Below, in pieces: positions 1-7,944 of a stretch of 34,623 bases of DNA. The notes beneath the pieces were generated by a model. That model worked only from the letters and a program-made list of their open reading frames with translations. It was not told the origin of the DNA and searched no databases. This DNA is from Candidatus Woesearchaeota archaeon (GTDB taxonomy: Archaea > Nanobdellota > Nanobdellia > Woesearchaeales > BM511), in the NCBI GenBank assembly GCA_018221175.1, contig JAAOYE010000077.1, positions 1-34,623 on the forward strand, in the 5' to 3' direction. How positions within the stretch are numbered: the first letter of the stretch is position 1; each line of letters begins with the position of its first letter. The position numbers and the translations under genes were made by a program.

Positions 1-470
1 AATGGCTGTGGAATTTGAGGTACTGCTGCTGTAATCATGATTTTATCATATGGCGCTTTTTCTTTGTATCCTTTTGAGCCGTCGGCGTGGATTACTTCGA
101 CGTTTTCTATTTTCGCTTTTTTTAGGTTTGACTTTGCAAAATCTGCCAGTTCTTTTATTCTTTCAACACAGTAAACCTTTTTGCAAAGCCTTGAAAGTAT
201 TGCAGCGTTGTAGCCTGAGCCTGCCCCTATTTCCAAGACTTTGTGATTTGGTTTAGCTTCCAAGAATTTTAGCATCAGCATCACGGTTGTAGGCTGAGAA
301 ATAGTCTGCTCATGTCCAATTGGAAGAGGATAATCTCCGTAAGCTTCATTTTCATATTCTTTTAGTATGAAATCTTCTCTTCTTGTCTTTTCAAAAGCAT
401 CTAAGAGTCTTTTATCTGTAATCATCCCTGTTTTTTCCCAGTAATTTAAAAGTCCGATGTTGCTTTCCAT
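1..470 (-). CDS. pcm: Protein-L-isoaspartate O-methyltransferase (PIMT); C-terminus cut by window edge
   Basis: Absent from the ORF track because it runs off the window. My translation from ATG 470-468 gives MESNIGLLNYWEKTGMITDKRLLDAFEKTRREDFILKEYENEAYGDYPLPIGHEQTISQPTTVMLMLKFLEAKPNHKVLEIGAGSGYNAAILSRL... The GHxQTISxP and VLEIGxGSGY (SAM motif I) signatures are those of PIMT. Confidence 0.85.
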   Translation of the reverse strand, partial: MESNIGLLNYWEKTGMITDKRLLDAFEKTRREDFILKEYENEAYGDYPLPIGHEQTISQPTTVMLMLKFLEAKPNHKVLEIGAGSGYNAAILSRLCKKVYCVERIKELADFAKSNLKKAKIENVEVIHADGSKGYKEKAPYDKIMITAAVPQIPQP

Positions 471-515
471 AAGGAGGGGGTAATATCTTTTTAATTAAAT
501 GAGTTTCGTAGAAAA

Positions 516-524
516 CTTTAAATA
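516..524 (+). promoter_or_regulatory. TATA-like box (CTTTAAATA inside AAACTTTAAATA) for the 549 gene
   Basis: Lies about 24 nt upstream of ATG 549 with no SD between, a leaderless-type layout. The same AAACTTTAWA motif recurs upstream of 10033. Confidence 0.35.
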
Positions 525-548
525 CCATCCAAGAGTAAAGAAGCTTAA

Positions 549-2015
549 ATGGCATACATCCATTATTTTAGAGAAATCACAGCAAACGATGTGGACAAAG
601 TAGGTGTCAAAGGGGTTAACATCGCATCGCTTTCTCCACACGTAAAGGTTCCGCCAGGATTTGTTATATCTACAAAAGCATACATAGATTTCTTACAAAA
701 AGCAAAGCTTAAGAAAAAAATAGAGACAGCGCTTCAAAAACTGGACTTTAAAAACACTCAAAAAGTTGCCAACCAAATCCAAAAGGTAATTGTCGAGGCA
801 AAGATGCCAGTTGAAATCTCAGAAGAGATACTCGAAGCTTACGAGGCATTGTGGTTTGACTCAAAAGGCGCAGACAACCTCATCGAAGAGACAAAAGAGG
901 CAAATGTTAGTGTAAGGTCAAGCTATGTTAAAGAGAAGAAAATTGAAGGGTTGTCACAGCTTACTTTTTTAAATATTGAAGGAAAAGAAAGGCTGATAAA
1001 AGCAATAAAAGTCTGCTATGCAGCGCAGTTCACAGCACAAAACATAGAGGCAAACAAGAATCTGGATGGGATGGCAATAGTTGTGCAAAAAATGGTTGAC
1101 GCTCAAAAATCAGTCCAGTCATTTTCATACAATCCAAACAATAATGACTCTTCAGTTCTTTTTATCGAGGCAATATTTGGTCTTGGAGAAGGATTTACGC
1201 TTAGAGACACAGTATTTGATGTATATACTGTTGATAAAAAGAATTTGGATATTAAAGATATGTTAGTGGCTGAGCAGTCCAAAAAACGCGTTCTTGATCC
1301 TGAGACTAAAAAGACAATATCTATTCTTTTAAAGGATTCTGGGAAAAAACAAAAGCTTAACGATATTGAAGTAAGAGAGGTTGCGAGGCTTACTAAGAAA
1401 ATCGCAACGCTTTTTGACTCTGAGCAAAGAGTTGAGATCGCTATTAAAGGCGAAGAGTTCTTTGTTTTGCAGTCAAAGAAGGTTAGCGGGAAAATTTCAG
1501 TTGAAGAGCCAGAGGATGTAAAAATTCAAGAGTTTGACACAGAAAAAACAGAAGAAGTGGCAGACTCAGATGTTGAAATAGTTGCTCCAAAAGAGGACTA
1601 CCTTGAAACTCTTTCAGATGAAGTTACAGATTTACAGGCGCCTTTAGAAAAGGATGAAAAAGTAAGCTTTGATGAGGAAGAAGAACCCAGGGTTGAAGTA
1701 GAAAAACAAGAAGTGCCTCAAGAGGATAAAATAGATTTAACCTTTTTTGAAGAAGACAAGACTGACGACGACTTTAAGATAAGAGACGAACCAGAGCCCA
1801 AACCTTTTTTAGAAGAAGGCGAAGAATTTGAAGAAAGTCCTGCACAAGAAGAACAAAGCAGCGAAACTGATAGTGCAGATAAATCAGAACCTGAAGAAGA
1901 AAGTGATGACTCTATTTTCTCATCATTTAAGTCTGGCGACGATGACCAAGAAGAGGATGATGAGCAAGAAGAAGAAAAAGACGAATCTCCTTTTGACAGG
2001 TTTGGGACAGAGTGA
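549..2015 (+). CDS. PEP-utilising enzyme N-terminal (PPDK_N, ATP-grasp) domain protein with a long acidic C-terminal tail; no phosphohistidine or PEP-binding domains
   Basis: The N-terminal ~320 aa align by eye to the PEP synthase/PPDK nucleotide-binding domain (VGVKGVNIASL, VPPGFVISTKAY, VSVRSS, VVQKMV, GLGEGF, FFVLQSKKV). The last ~165 aa are E/D/K-rich low complexity. Confidence 0.7.
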   Translation: MAYIHYFREITANDVDKVGVKGVNIASLSPHVKVPPGFVISTKAYIDFLQKAKLKKKIETALQKLDFKNTQKVANQIQKVIVEAKMPVEISEEILEAYEALWFDSKGADNLIEETKEANVSVRSSYVKEKKIEGLSQLTFLNIEGKERLIKAIKVCYAAQFTAQNIEANKNLDGMAIVVQKMVDAQKSVQSFSYNPNNNDSSVLFIEAIFGLGEGFTLRDTVFDVYTVDKKNLDIKDMLVAEQSKKRVLDPETKKTISILLKDSGKKQKLNDIEVREVARLTKKIATLFDSEQRVEIAIKGEEFFVLQSKKVSGKISVEEPEDVKIQEFDTEKTEEVADSDVEIVAPKEDYLETLSDEVTDLQAPLEKDEKVSFDEEEEPRVEVEKQEVPQEDKIDLTFFEEDKTDDDFKIRDEPEPKPFLEEGEEFEESPAQEEQSSETDSADKSEPEEESDDSIFSSFKSGDDDQEEDDEQEEEKDESPFDRFGTE

Positions 2016-2058
2016 GTTTACAGAAAAATATAAATATAAATAAAATTTTTACTTTAAA

Positions 2059-2358
2059 ATGATGAAACTTGACAACATTGTTCTACACGAAGGAGGCATG
2101 AAATGCTTGATTAATTATGAAATGAAGGTTTTGATAAAACAGGCAGCTCCAGGTTATCATTTTTATGGCTTAGGAAAACATGCAGGTAGAAGCGAAAAAG
2201 CAAATCAGCCAATTCCAAGAAATAGTCTAAAGAAAATAAAAGCACCAAGAAATTTTGAAGAAAGATTAAGAATGTTTAGAGAACAGTATAGGTCTTATGA
2301 AAATATGCTTGACAGAAATCATGGATTAAAAAAAACTATAATAAAATCATATCAATAA
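2059..2358 (+). CDS. Hypothetical protein (99 aa)
   Basis: ORF with an AT-rich TATA-like stretch (2025-2045) about 20 nt upstream. No recognisable motif. Its stop abuts the trm11 stop. Confidence 0.4.
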   Translation: MMKLDNIVLHEGGMKCLINYEMKVLIKQAAPGYHFYGLGKHAGRSEKANQPIPRNSLKKIKAPRNFEERLRMFREQYRSYENMLDRNHGLKKTIIKSYQ

Positions 2359-3288
2359 TCATTTCTCTAATAAAACAATCTTCTTAGTAAGACTCTTATG
2401 AATATAATGGGTGAATTCTAGTTTTGTTTTCCATTTCCCAAGGAGCTTTTTGTAATTTATGAAGTCTGGAAATATTACTACAGATGTGTTTGTGACAATG
2501 TATGCTTTTTCTAAAAATTCTTTGTAAAGAGTTTCTAGGTTTTTATCTGCTTTTGAACTTTTTCCGTAAGGAAGGTCGGTTACAATGCAGTCAAACTCGC
2601 CTTTGATATTTATTGCATCCTCAAAGTTTAAATCATATCTTTTTATTTTGTAATGTTCTAGGTTAATCTGGCAGCGCCTAAGATTAGCAGCTTCTATGTC
2701 ATATCCAACAATATCAAAACCCATAACTCCTGCTTCAATTAAGATTCCACCAGAACCGCAGAAAGGATCCAAAAGCTTTCCTTTTATTTTCCCAGTGAGG
2801 TTAATGCAGGCACGTGCAAGTCTTGGGTCAAGTGAGGTTGGGTGAAGCTCTGGGCGAAGATGAGCTTTTCTATTAAGAAAGTCTTTTTTGTTTTCAAAGA
2901 TTAATCTGCCGCAAATTATTTTATCTTTAGTTTTGAATATTTTTATCTTTGTCTTCGCGTTTTTCAAATCAACCTTTGGATTTTTTAGATTGTTCCAGAT
3001 TATTGAAGAAAGCTTTTTCACGTCAAAATTGTCTGCTTTTAATGAAAATGAATTTTTATACACGCTTTTCCAGTCAAATTCATTCATAGACTCTTCCAAA
3101 TCTTTTGTTTTTTCAAACAAAAACTCATAAATTTCATTAGTATAAGCAAGTCTATTAGAATAATCCTTGTCAGTATCAATTATTAACAAATTATCAACTA
3201 ACTTAAAATCATCAGTATCACATAATCTTAAGACTTCTTGTTTAGATAGCTCTAAATTTTCTTTTGATAAAACGAATATTTGTTTCAT
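2359..3288 (-). CDS. trm11: THUMP-domain tRNA (guanine-N2)-methyltransferase, Trm11/Trm-G10 type
   Basis: LDPFCGSGGILIEAG (SAM motif I) and DLPYG (motif IV, DPPY-like), preceded by HPTSLDPRLARACINL and an N-terminal THUMP-like region. This matches the archaeal Trm-G10 layout. Confidence 0.8.
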   Translation of the reverse strand: MKQIFVLSKENLELSKQEVLRLCDTDDFKLVDNLLIIDTDKDYSNRLAYTNEIYEFLFEKTKDLEESMNEFDWKSVYKNSFSLKADNFDVKKLSSIIWNNLKNPKVDLKNAKTKIKIFKTKDKIICGRLIFENKKDFLNRKAHLRPELHPTSLDPRLARACINLTGKIKGKLLDPFCGSGGILIEAGVMGFDIVGYDIEAANLRRCQINLEHYKIKRYDLNFEDAINIKGEFDCIVTDLPYGKSSKADKNLETLYKEFLEKAYIVTNTSVVIFPDFINYKKLLGKWKTKLEFTHYIHKSLTKKIVLLEK

Positions 3289-3342
3289 AATAAATCCGGT
3301 ATTTAGATAATATTTTTATATTCTCTCTAATTCTCAAAAAAT

Positions 3343-3657
3343 ATGGCAGCTAGAGGCAGACCTGTTTATTCAAGGGTAAGACAAAACATTGTAGACATAC
3401 TCTATTTTCTAAAAAAAGGATATGGGTATCAGATACATAAGATTTACAAACAAATATTTGATTCTGTTTCATCAGAAGTTGTATACTATCATCTAAAAAA
3501 AGGGGTTTCTTTAGAAGAGTTTGAAGTTGTAGAATCAAAAGATGAAAAAGGACATTTTTCATGGGGAAACACAGTAAAAAAACATTATTACAAGCTTGGA
3601 CAAAATGCTAAACCAACAATGAATAAAAAAGTAAAAAAATATTTAGAAAAAATTTAA
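3343..3657 (+). CDS. Small winged-helix (PadR-like) DNA-binding protein, putative
   Basis: 104 aa. VRQNIVDILYFLKKGYGYQIHKIYKQI...VYYHLKKG resembles a wHTH recognition helix plus wing. Assignment is by pattern only. Confidence 0.45.
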   Translation: MAARGRPVYSRVRQNIVDILYFLKKGYGYQIHKIYKQIFDSVSSEVVYYHLKKGVSLEEFEVVESKDEKGHFSWGNTVKKHYYKLGQNAKPTMNKKVKKYLEKI

Positions 3658-4151
3658 AATTCGTCTTCGTCCTCAGGTTCTTCGTCTTCACGCCTGATTA
3701 CTTTTACTGCGTCAATTTTTAGGGTGATTGGGATAGGAACTGCAGCTTCTAGAAGCTCTAAAACAACTTCCTCTTTTAGCTGGTCAACACGAGTAATCTT
3801 TGCCTTCTCCCGCTTGAATGGCCCACTAATAATTTCTGCAATATCATTTTTTTGAATGTTCACGTCTCTTTTGACCTGTTCAAGCATGTGCTCAATCTCG
3901 TTGTATTCAACTTCTTTTGGCAAGATTCCTCTAGCATATGGAATCCCAAACGCTGCTTGTTCAGCCTCGACTCTGTTGTCAGCTTCTAAAAAGATGTATC
4001 CCCTCATACCATGCGGCTTAATAACACTATACACAGGCATTTTTTTCTTTTCGATATTGCTTGTAAGAAAGCCAAGCACCTGATCTTCTCTGTTAGCAGT
4101 TGTTCGAAGCGCAAAAATCTTTGTTGATATACCCTTTTTATCCTCTTCCAT
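3654..4151 (-). CDS. spt5: Transcription elongation factor Spt5 (archaeal NusG)
   Basis: NGN domain (IFALRTTANREDQV...GYIFLEA) plus KOW (IAEIISGPFKREKAKITRVD). SD-like GGGGGAAGT upstream of the ATG. Canonical position downstream of secE. Confidence 0.9.
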   Translation of the reverse strand: MEEDKKGISTKIFALRTTANREDQVLGFLTSNIEKKKMPVYSVIKPHGMRGYIFLEADNRVEAEQAAFGIPYARGILPKEVEYNEIEHMLEQVKRDVNIQKNDIAEIISGPFKREKAKITRVDQLKEEVVLELLEAAVPIPITLKIDAVKVIRREDEEPEDEDEF

Positions 4152-4163
4152 TCTTACTTCCCC

Positions 4164-4331
4164 CTAAAACAATAACTCCTTTCCAATTGTAAGTATAAAT
4201 CCAATAAGTCCAATTACTAAGATGCCAAGACCTGATACTTTGACAATCGTCTTGAACTCAAAAGCATCAGGCTTTTTTGTGACTCTAAGCACTCTTCTGC
4301 ATTCCCCGACAAATTCTTTAAATCTACCCAT
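4164..4331 (-). CDS. secE: Preprotein translocase subunit SecE / Sec61-gamma (55 aa)
   Basis: Below the ORF-track size cut-off. My translation: MGRFKEFVGECRRVLRVTKKPDAFEFKTIVKVSGLGILVIGLIGFILTIGKELLF. It has a basic N-terminus plus a single TM helix and sits in the conserved slot between ftsZ and spt5. Confidence 0.8.
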   Translation of the reverse strand: MGRFKEFVGECRRVLRVTKKPDAFEFKTIVKVSGLGILVIGLIGFILTIGKELLF

Positions 4332-4336
4332 ATTAA

Positions 4337-5464
4337 TCAATCTACAAATTCTATTCCTAGCTCGTTTTCAATCTCGTGTTTTCTAATGTTTGAATGAGTC
4401 TTTAGCCCGCCAAATATCTGGCTGCTTTTAACCCCTGTTACTATTAGCATTGTTCTAATTGAGCCTTCGAGGTCTTCTGAGATTTGCGCTCCCCAAATAA
4501 TCCTTGCGTCTGGATCAAGTTTTTCACTGATTGTCTCAACAACATTTCTTGCCTCATCAAGTGTCATGTCAGTCCCGCCAGAAACATTAATCAATGCGCC
4601 GTTAGCGCCTTCGATGTCAACATCAAGCAAGGGGTTTTGAATAGCTTTTTCAACGGCTTCAACAGCCCTGTTTTCAGTGTCTGATTCCCCAACACCTATA
4701 AGTGCGACTCCGCCGTTGCCCATGACTGCTCTGATGTCTGCAAAGTCCAGGTTTACAAGTCCTGCTTTTGTTACAAGCTCTGCGATTCCTTTGACTGCGT
4801 TTGTTAGTATCTCATCAGCAACCTTAAATGCTGTGTGAAGCGGCAAATCCGGTGCGAGTTCTAATAATTTATCATTTGGGATTACGATTAGGGTGTCTAC
4901 AAGTGATTCAAGCTTTTCAAGGCCAAGCATAGCATTTTCATACCTTCTTTGACCTTCCATTTCAAACGGAGTTGTGACGATTGCAACTGTGAGCGCGCCG
5001 AGCTTTTTGGAAACTTCGGCAACTACTGGTGCGCTGCCTGTACCTGTTCCTCCGCCAAGACCGCAAGTTATAAAGACCATGTCAGCGCCAGACAAAGCTT
5101 TTTTAATGTCTCCTTCAGATTCTCTTGCAGCATCTTCCCCTATTTTTGGAATAGAGCCTGCTCCAAGTCCTTGTGTTATATCTTTTCCAAGAAGAATCTT
5201 TTTGTCAGCAGTAGTGTAAAGCAAGTCTTGTGCGTCAGTGTTAAGTCCGACTGTTTCTGCTCCAAAGATTCCAACCTCTGAAATCCTGTTTATTGTGTTG
5301 TTTCCACCGCCGCCGGTACCAACGACTTTAATTGTTGCTTTTTGCTTTTTTAACAATTCTTCCAGTTCTTCATCTAGAACGTTTCTTGGTCCAGCTGTTT
5401 GTATGTCAATTGAGCCAGAATTCTCTGCTCCTCTTTGTTCAACGTCTTTAATCATTGTATCCAT
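4337..5464 (-). CDS. ftsZ: Cell division GTPase FtsZ
   Basis: GTGGGGNN and the [10 protein letters not shown] tubulin signature. I prefer ATG 5464, with GGTGAGGT 6 nt upstream, over the TTG at 5482 used by the track. Confidence 0.95.
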   Translation of the reverse strand: MDTMIKDVEQRGAENSGSIDIQTAGPRNVLDEELEELLKKQKATIKVVGTGGGGNNTINRISEVGIFGAETVGLNTDAQDLLYTTADKKILLGKDITQGLGAGSIPKIGEDAARESEGDIKKALSGADMVFITCGLGGGTGTGSAPVVAEVSKKLGALTVAIVTTPFEMEGQRRYENAMLGLEKLESLVDTLIVIPNDKLLELAPDLPLHTAFKVADEILTNAVKGIAELVTKAGLVNLDFADIRAVMGNGGVALIGVGESDTENRAVEAVEKAIQNPLLDVDIEGANGALINVSGGTDMTLDEARNVVETISEKLDPDARIIWGAQISEDLEGSIRTMLIVTGVKSSQIFGGLKTHSNIRKHEIENELGIEFVD

Positions 5465-5523
5465 GTTGCCTACCTCACCCAAATCGTATAAATATTTGAG
5501 TTAGTCGTAGTATTTAAACTTTT

Positions 5524-6189
5524 TTACTTTTTCTCAGTAGTCTTTTTGCTTACAAAATCGATTGTTTTGATTGTTGGAATGATCTCTTTTAGTTTGTTTA
5601 TAACAGTCATGTTTACCTGCGGTGGAATGTCCATTTCAATTATTACCTTGCTTTCTTTAACTGTTACTTTTGGAGCTTTTGTGCCAAATGTTAGTTGCAG
5701 GTATGATTCTACCTGTTTTTTTATATCTGTGACTTTTTTGCCTGCAGTTATTTCATATATCAAGTCTTTTCCACTAAGTGGATGGTTGAAATCTACAAGG
5801 ACTCTTCCTCCACTAACGCTTCTGACAATGCCTGGTAAGTTGTCGATTTGAACTTCAAGACCGACAAAGACTTGGATCCCCTGCTTTTTGAAAACATTTG
5901 CAGGCACAAGTCTGATTAACTGTGCATTTTTCTTTCCAAAAGCGTCTTCTGCTTTTAGGTTGAGTACAAACTCTTTTCCTTCATCTTTACTGATTAATTC
6001 TTTGTCTATTCCAGGAAGTATTTGGTTTTGACCTATGCATATAATTATATGTCCATAATCAGCGTTTGGATTGTGGATTTTCTCTTTTTTTGCCACTTCT
6101 TCGCTAGTTGTGTCAAATACCTGTCCTGTCTCTTCAATTGTTCCCGTGTAGTCAACTTCTACAAAGTCACCTGTCTTTATCTTTCCCAT
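5524..6189 (-). CDS. Long-type archaeal FKBP peptidyl-prolyl isomerase (FKBP26/SlyD-like)
   Basis: MGKIKTGDFVEVDYTGT...GRVLVDFNHPLSGKDL closely resembles methanogen FKBP26. The start is set at ATG 6189, because the track extension to 6288 overlaps cmk and adds non-homologous residues. Confidence 0.85.
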   Translation of the reverse strand: MGKIKTGDFVEVDYTGTIEETGQVFDTTSEEVAKKEKIHNPNADYGHIIICIGQNQILPGIDKELISKDEGKEFVLNLKAEDAFGKKNAQLIRLVPANVFKKQGIQVFVGLEVQIDNLPGIVRSVSGGRVLVDFNHPLSGKDLIYEITAGKKVTDIKKQVESYLQLTFGTKAPKVTVKESKVIIEMDIPPQVNMTVINKLKEIIPTIKTIDFVSKKTTEKK

Positions 6190-6271
6190 TTTTCTTCTTA
6201 CATCTACCTCGAATTTAATAATGGTAGAAATATAGAAAAAAGTATTTTGGTTTGATTTATAAACGTTACGG

Positions 6272-6811
6272 TTAGTTTTTCTCTGCAAAGTCTACAATTT
6301 CTTGTGCTACTTCTTTTGCAGATTTATTTGTTGTATCAATTACTAAGTCATAGTTTGATTTGTCATGATGGTTGAGTTTATAGTATTCTTTGTATCTTTT
6401 AATCTCAGAGCGTTTTCTTTCTTCCACTTTTTTTAGCAGGTCGTCAAAATCCTTAAAATCTTCATCTTCTCTGTTTTCTTTATCGTTCCATATTCTTTTT
6501 GCTGCAATCACATTACTAACATCAAGATACACTTTTATTGAGTTTGGTATAAAATGCCATCCAAGTCTCGCGTCTATTACAAAGTTTTCTTCTGTTGTTC
6601 CTAACCGCGCTTGTTTTTCATCAAGCTCTTTGTCAACCCAGTCTTCTTTTTCTGCAATTTTTGAAAGTTGGTTTAAATTCATATCATGCTCAAGTGCTAT
6701 GTCTCTCATCAAGTCCCCTGTTGAATGATGTCTAATCTTCAAACTGTCTGCAACAAACTTTGCCACTGTTGACTTCCCAGCTCCAAGAGCACCACTAATT
6801 GTTATAATCAT
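6272..6811 (-). CDS. cmk: Archaeal-type cytidylate kinase (P-loop NMP kinase)
   Basis: MIITISGALGAGKSTVAK P-loop. Length (~180 aa) and overall pattern fit archaeal Cmk; an adenylate-kinase-like alternative is not excluded. Confidence 0.7.
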   Translation of the reverse strand: MIITISGALGAGKSTVAKFVADSLKIRHHSTGDLMRDIALEHDMNLNQLSKIAEKEDWVDKELDEKQARLGTTEENFVIDARLGWHFIPNSIKVYLDVSNVIAAKRIWNDKENREDEDFKDFDDLLKKVEERKRSEIKRYKEYYKLNHHDKSNYDLVIDTTNKSAKEVAQEIVDFAEKN

Positions 6812-6867
6812 GTTAAATACTTTTTTTTATATTGTTTAAATAGGTTTTGGAATGCGGTAATTCTACT

Positions 6868-7137
6868 TTATCCTAATTGCATATTTAACATAGGCAAATT
6901 ACCATTATACATATTTCTATAATCTTCTAAATACTTTTTTTCCAGTATTGCTAATCCAACATCAACTGGTTCAATAGTAAAATATGAAAACTCTTTAGAA
7001 AAAGAATGTTCACTTAATCTTCTTGCTAATGATAAGGACCTCCCAATATATATTAAGATTTTATTTTTATCATATAATCTATATATGCCACTTTTTTTTG
7101 GAATCACATTTATTAGCTCAATAGGGAAGCTTTTCAT
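6868..7137 (-). CDS. Minimal GIY-YIG nuclease domain protein (89 aa)
   Basis: SGIYRLYDKNKILIYIGRS (GIY, 10 residues, YIG), followed by the conserved Arg (ARRLSEH), Glu (LEKKYLEDY) and Asn (YNGN). Confidence 0.75.
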   Translation of the reverse strand: MKSFPIELINVIPKKSGIYRLYDKNKILIYIGRSLSLARRLSEHSFSKEFSYFTIEPVDVGLAILEKKYLEDYRNMYNGNLPMLNMQLG

Positions 7138-7517
7138 TTCCTTTCAACATTGATTTGAAAATATCGTCCAATTCTTTGGTCTGATTTTTCTATAGGTACC
7201 CATTCCCCTTCAATATTTTCAGGTTTTAGATGATATTGATCAAACCAACTTTTTGGAGTTATTTGAAATCTATCTGATTTTGGATGCAGATTTAATTTGA
7301 AAGGATTTACATCAGGCATTAAAGCAGTATCTTTTGTAAATGCGAAATTTATTTTTATGAAATTTCTATCATTCTCTGGAGCAGACAAATAACAAAACTT
7401 ATTTTCCCTAAGATTAAACTTTTTAACAAAGTTCACATTAAAAGAAATTCTACCCGCTTTGTGAATTGTTATTAATTCATTACCTGAAAATCTGGGATTA
7501 CTATACCATTCAACCAT
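7134..7517 (-). CDS. Hypothetical protein, possible AbrB/SpoVT-like double-repeat DNA binder, translationally coupled to the GIY-YIG gene
   Basis: 127 aa. GGAGG lies 8 nt upstream of the ATG, and there is a 4-nt ATGA overlap with the downstream GIY-YIG ORF. ITIHKAGRISFNVNFVKKFNL and RFQITPKSWFDQYHL look like two swapped-hairpin-type repeats, but the fold call is weak. Confidence 0.55.
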   Translation of the reverse strand: MVEWYSNPRFSGNELITIHKAGRISFNVNFVKKFNLRENKFCYLSAPENDRNFIKINFAFTKDTALMPDVNPFKLNLHPKSDRFQITPKSWFDQYHLKPENIEGEWVPIEKSDQRIGRYFQINVERK

Positions 7518-7565
7518 TTTTTAAACCTCCTAAACACGCTTATTAACATTTAAATACTTAAATAA

Positions 7566-7573
7566 TATATAAA
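7566..7573 (-). promoter_or_regulatory. TATA box (minus-sense AAAGATTTATATATTA) for the 7517 operon
   Basis: TTTATATA with an A-rich BRE-like 5-prime flank, about 49 nt upstream of ATG 7517. This leaves room for a short SD-bearing leader. Confidence 0.4.
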
Positions 7574-7755
7574 TCTTTCTATAAAGCTTAAAAATATTAT
7601 AATTCTCATTTTTTAACTTTTAATATATTTTATCTTATTCATATTATCATACGTTACTTTTATAAACAAAATCATTTTTCTAAGCATAAACTGGTAGCTT
7701 AAAGGTCTGTGTGACTGAATAGGCATCCAACGCAAATAAGCGGGAGATAGATAAA

Positions 7756-7944
7756 ATGGCTAAGAAAAGCCTAAATAATATTAAATTAAGTAATAGTGTT
7801 AATCAATATGATGGATTCTATCATCTTAAATTTAGTTTAGTTTCAACAATTAAATTAAGACTTTCTCACTGGACATTTGTGGTCGTGACATTTATAAATA
7901 AGTCTTTTATATTGTTTCAAAGAAAAGTTAGCGATTTAAGATGA
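7756..7944 (+). CDS. Small hypothetical ORF (62 aa) coupled to the LAGLIDADG gene
   Basis: GGGAG lies 9 nt upstream of the ATG, and there is an ATGA overlap with the 7941 start. The sequence is uninformative and the AT-rich context makes a chance ORF possible. Confidence 0.3.
   Translation: MAKKSLNNIKLSNSVNQYDGFYHLKFSLVSTIKLRLSHWTFVVVTFINKSFILFQRKVSDLR

Noticed and set aside
2059-2125. Possible C/D-box sRNA suggested by ATGATGA at 2059-2065
   Set aside because: No CTGA D or D-prime boxes at the required spacing and no terminal stem. The ATGATGA is simply the start of the 99-aa ORF.
2359-3288. DLPYG methyltransferase as the modification half of a restriction-modification system
   Set aside because: The N-terminal THUMP-like region and overall similarity to Trm11/Trm-G10 point to a tRNA guanine-N2 methyltransferase. 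There is no adjacent nuclease or specificity gene.
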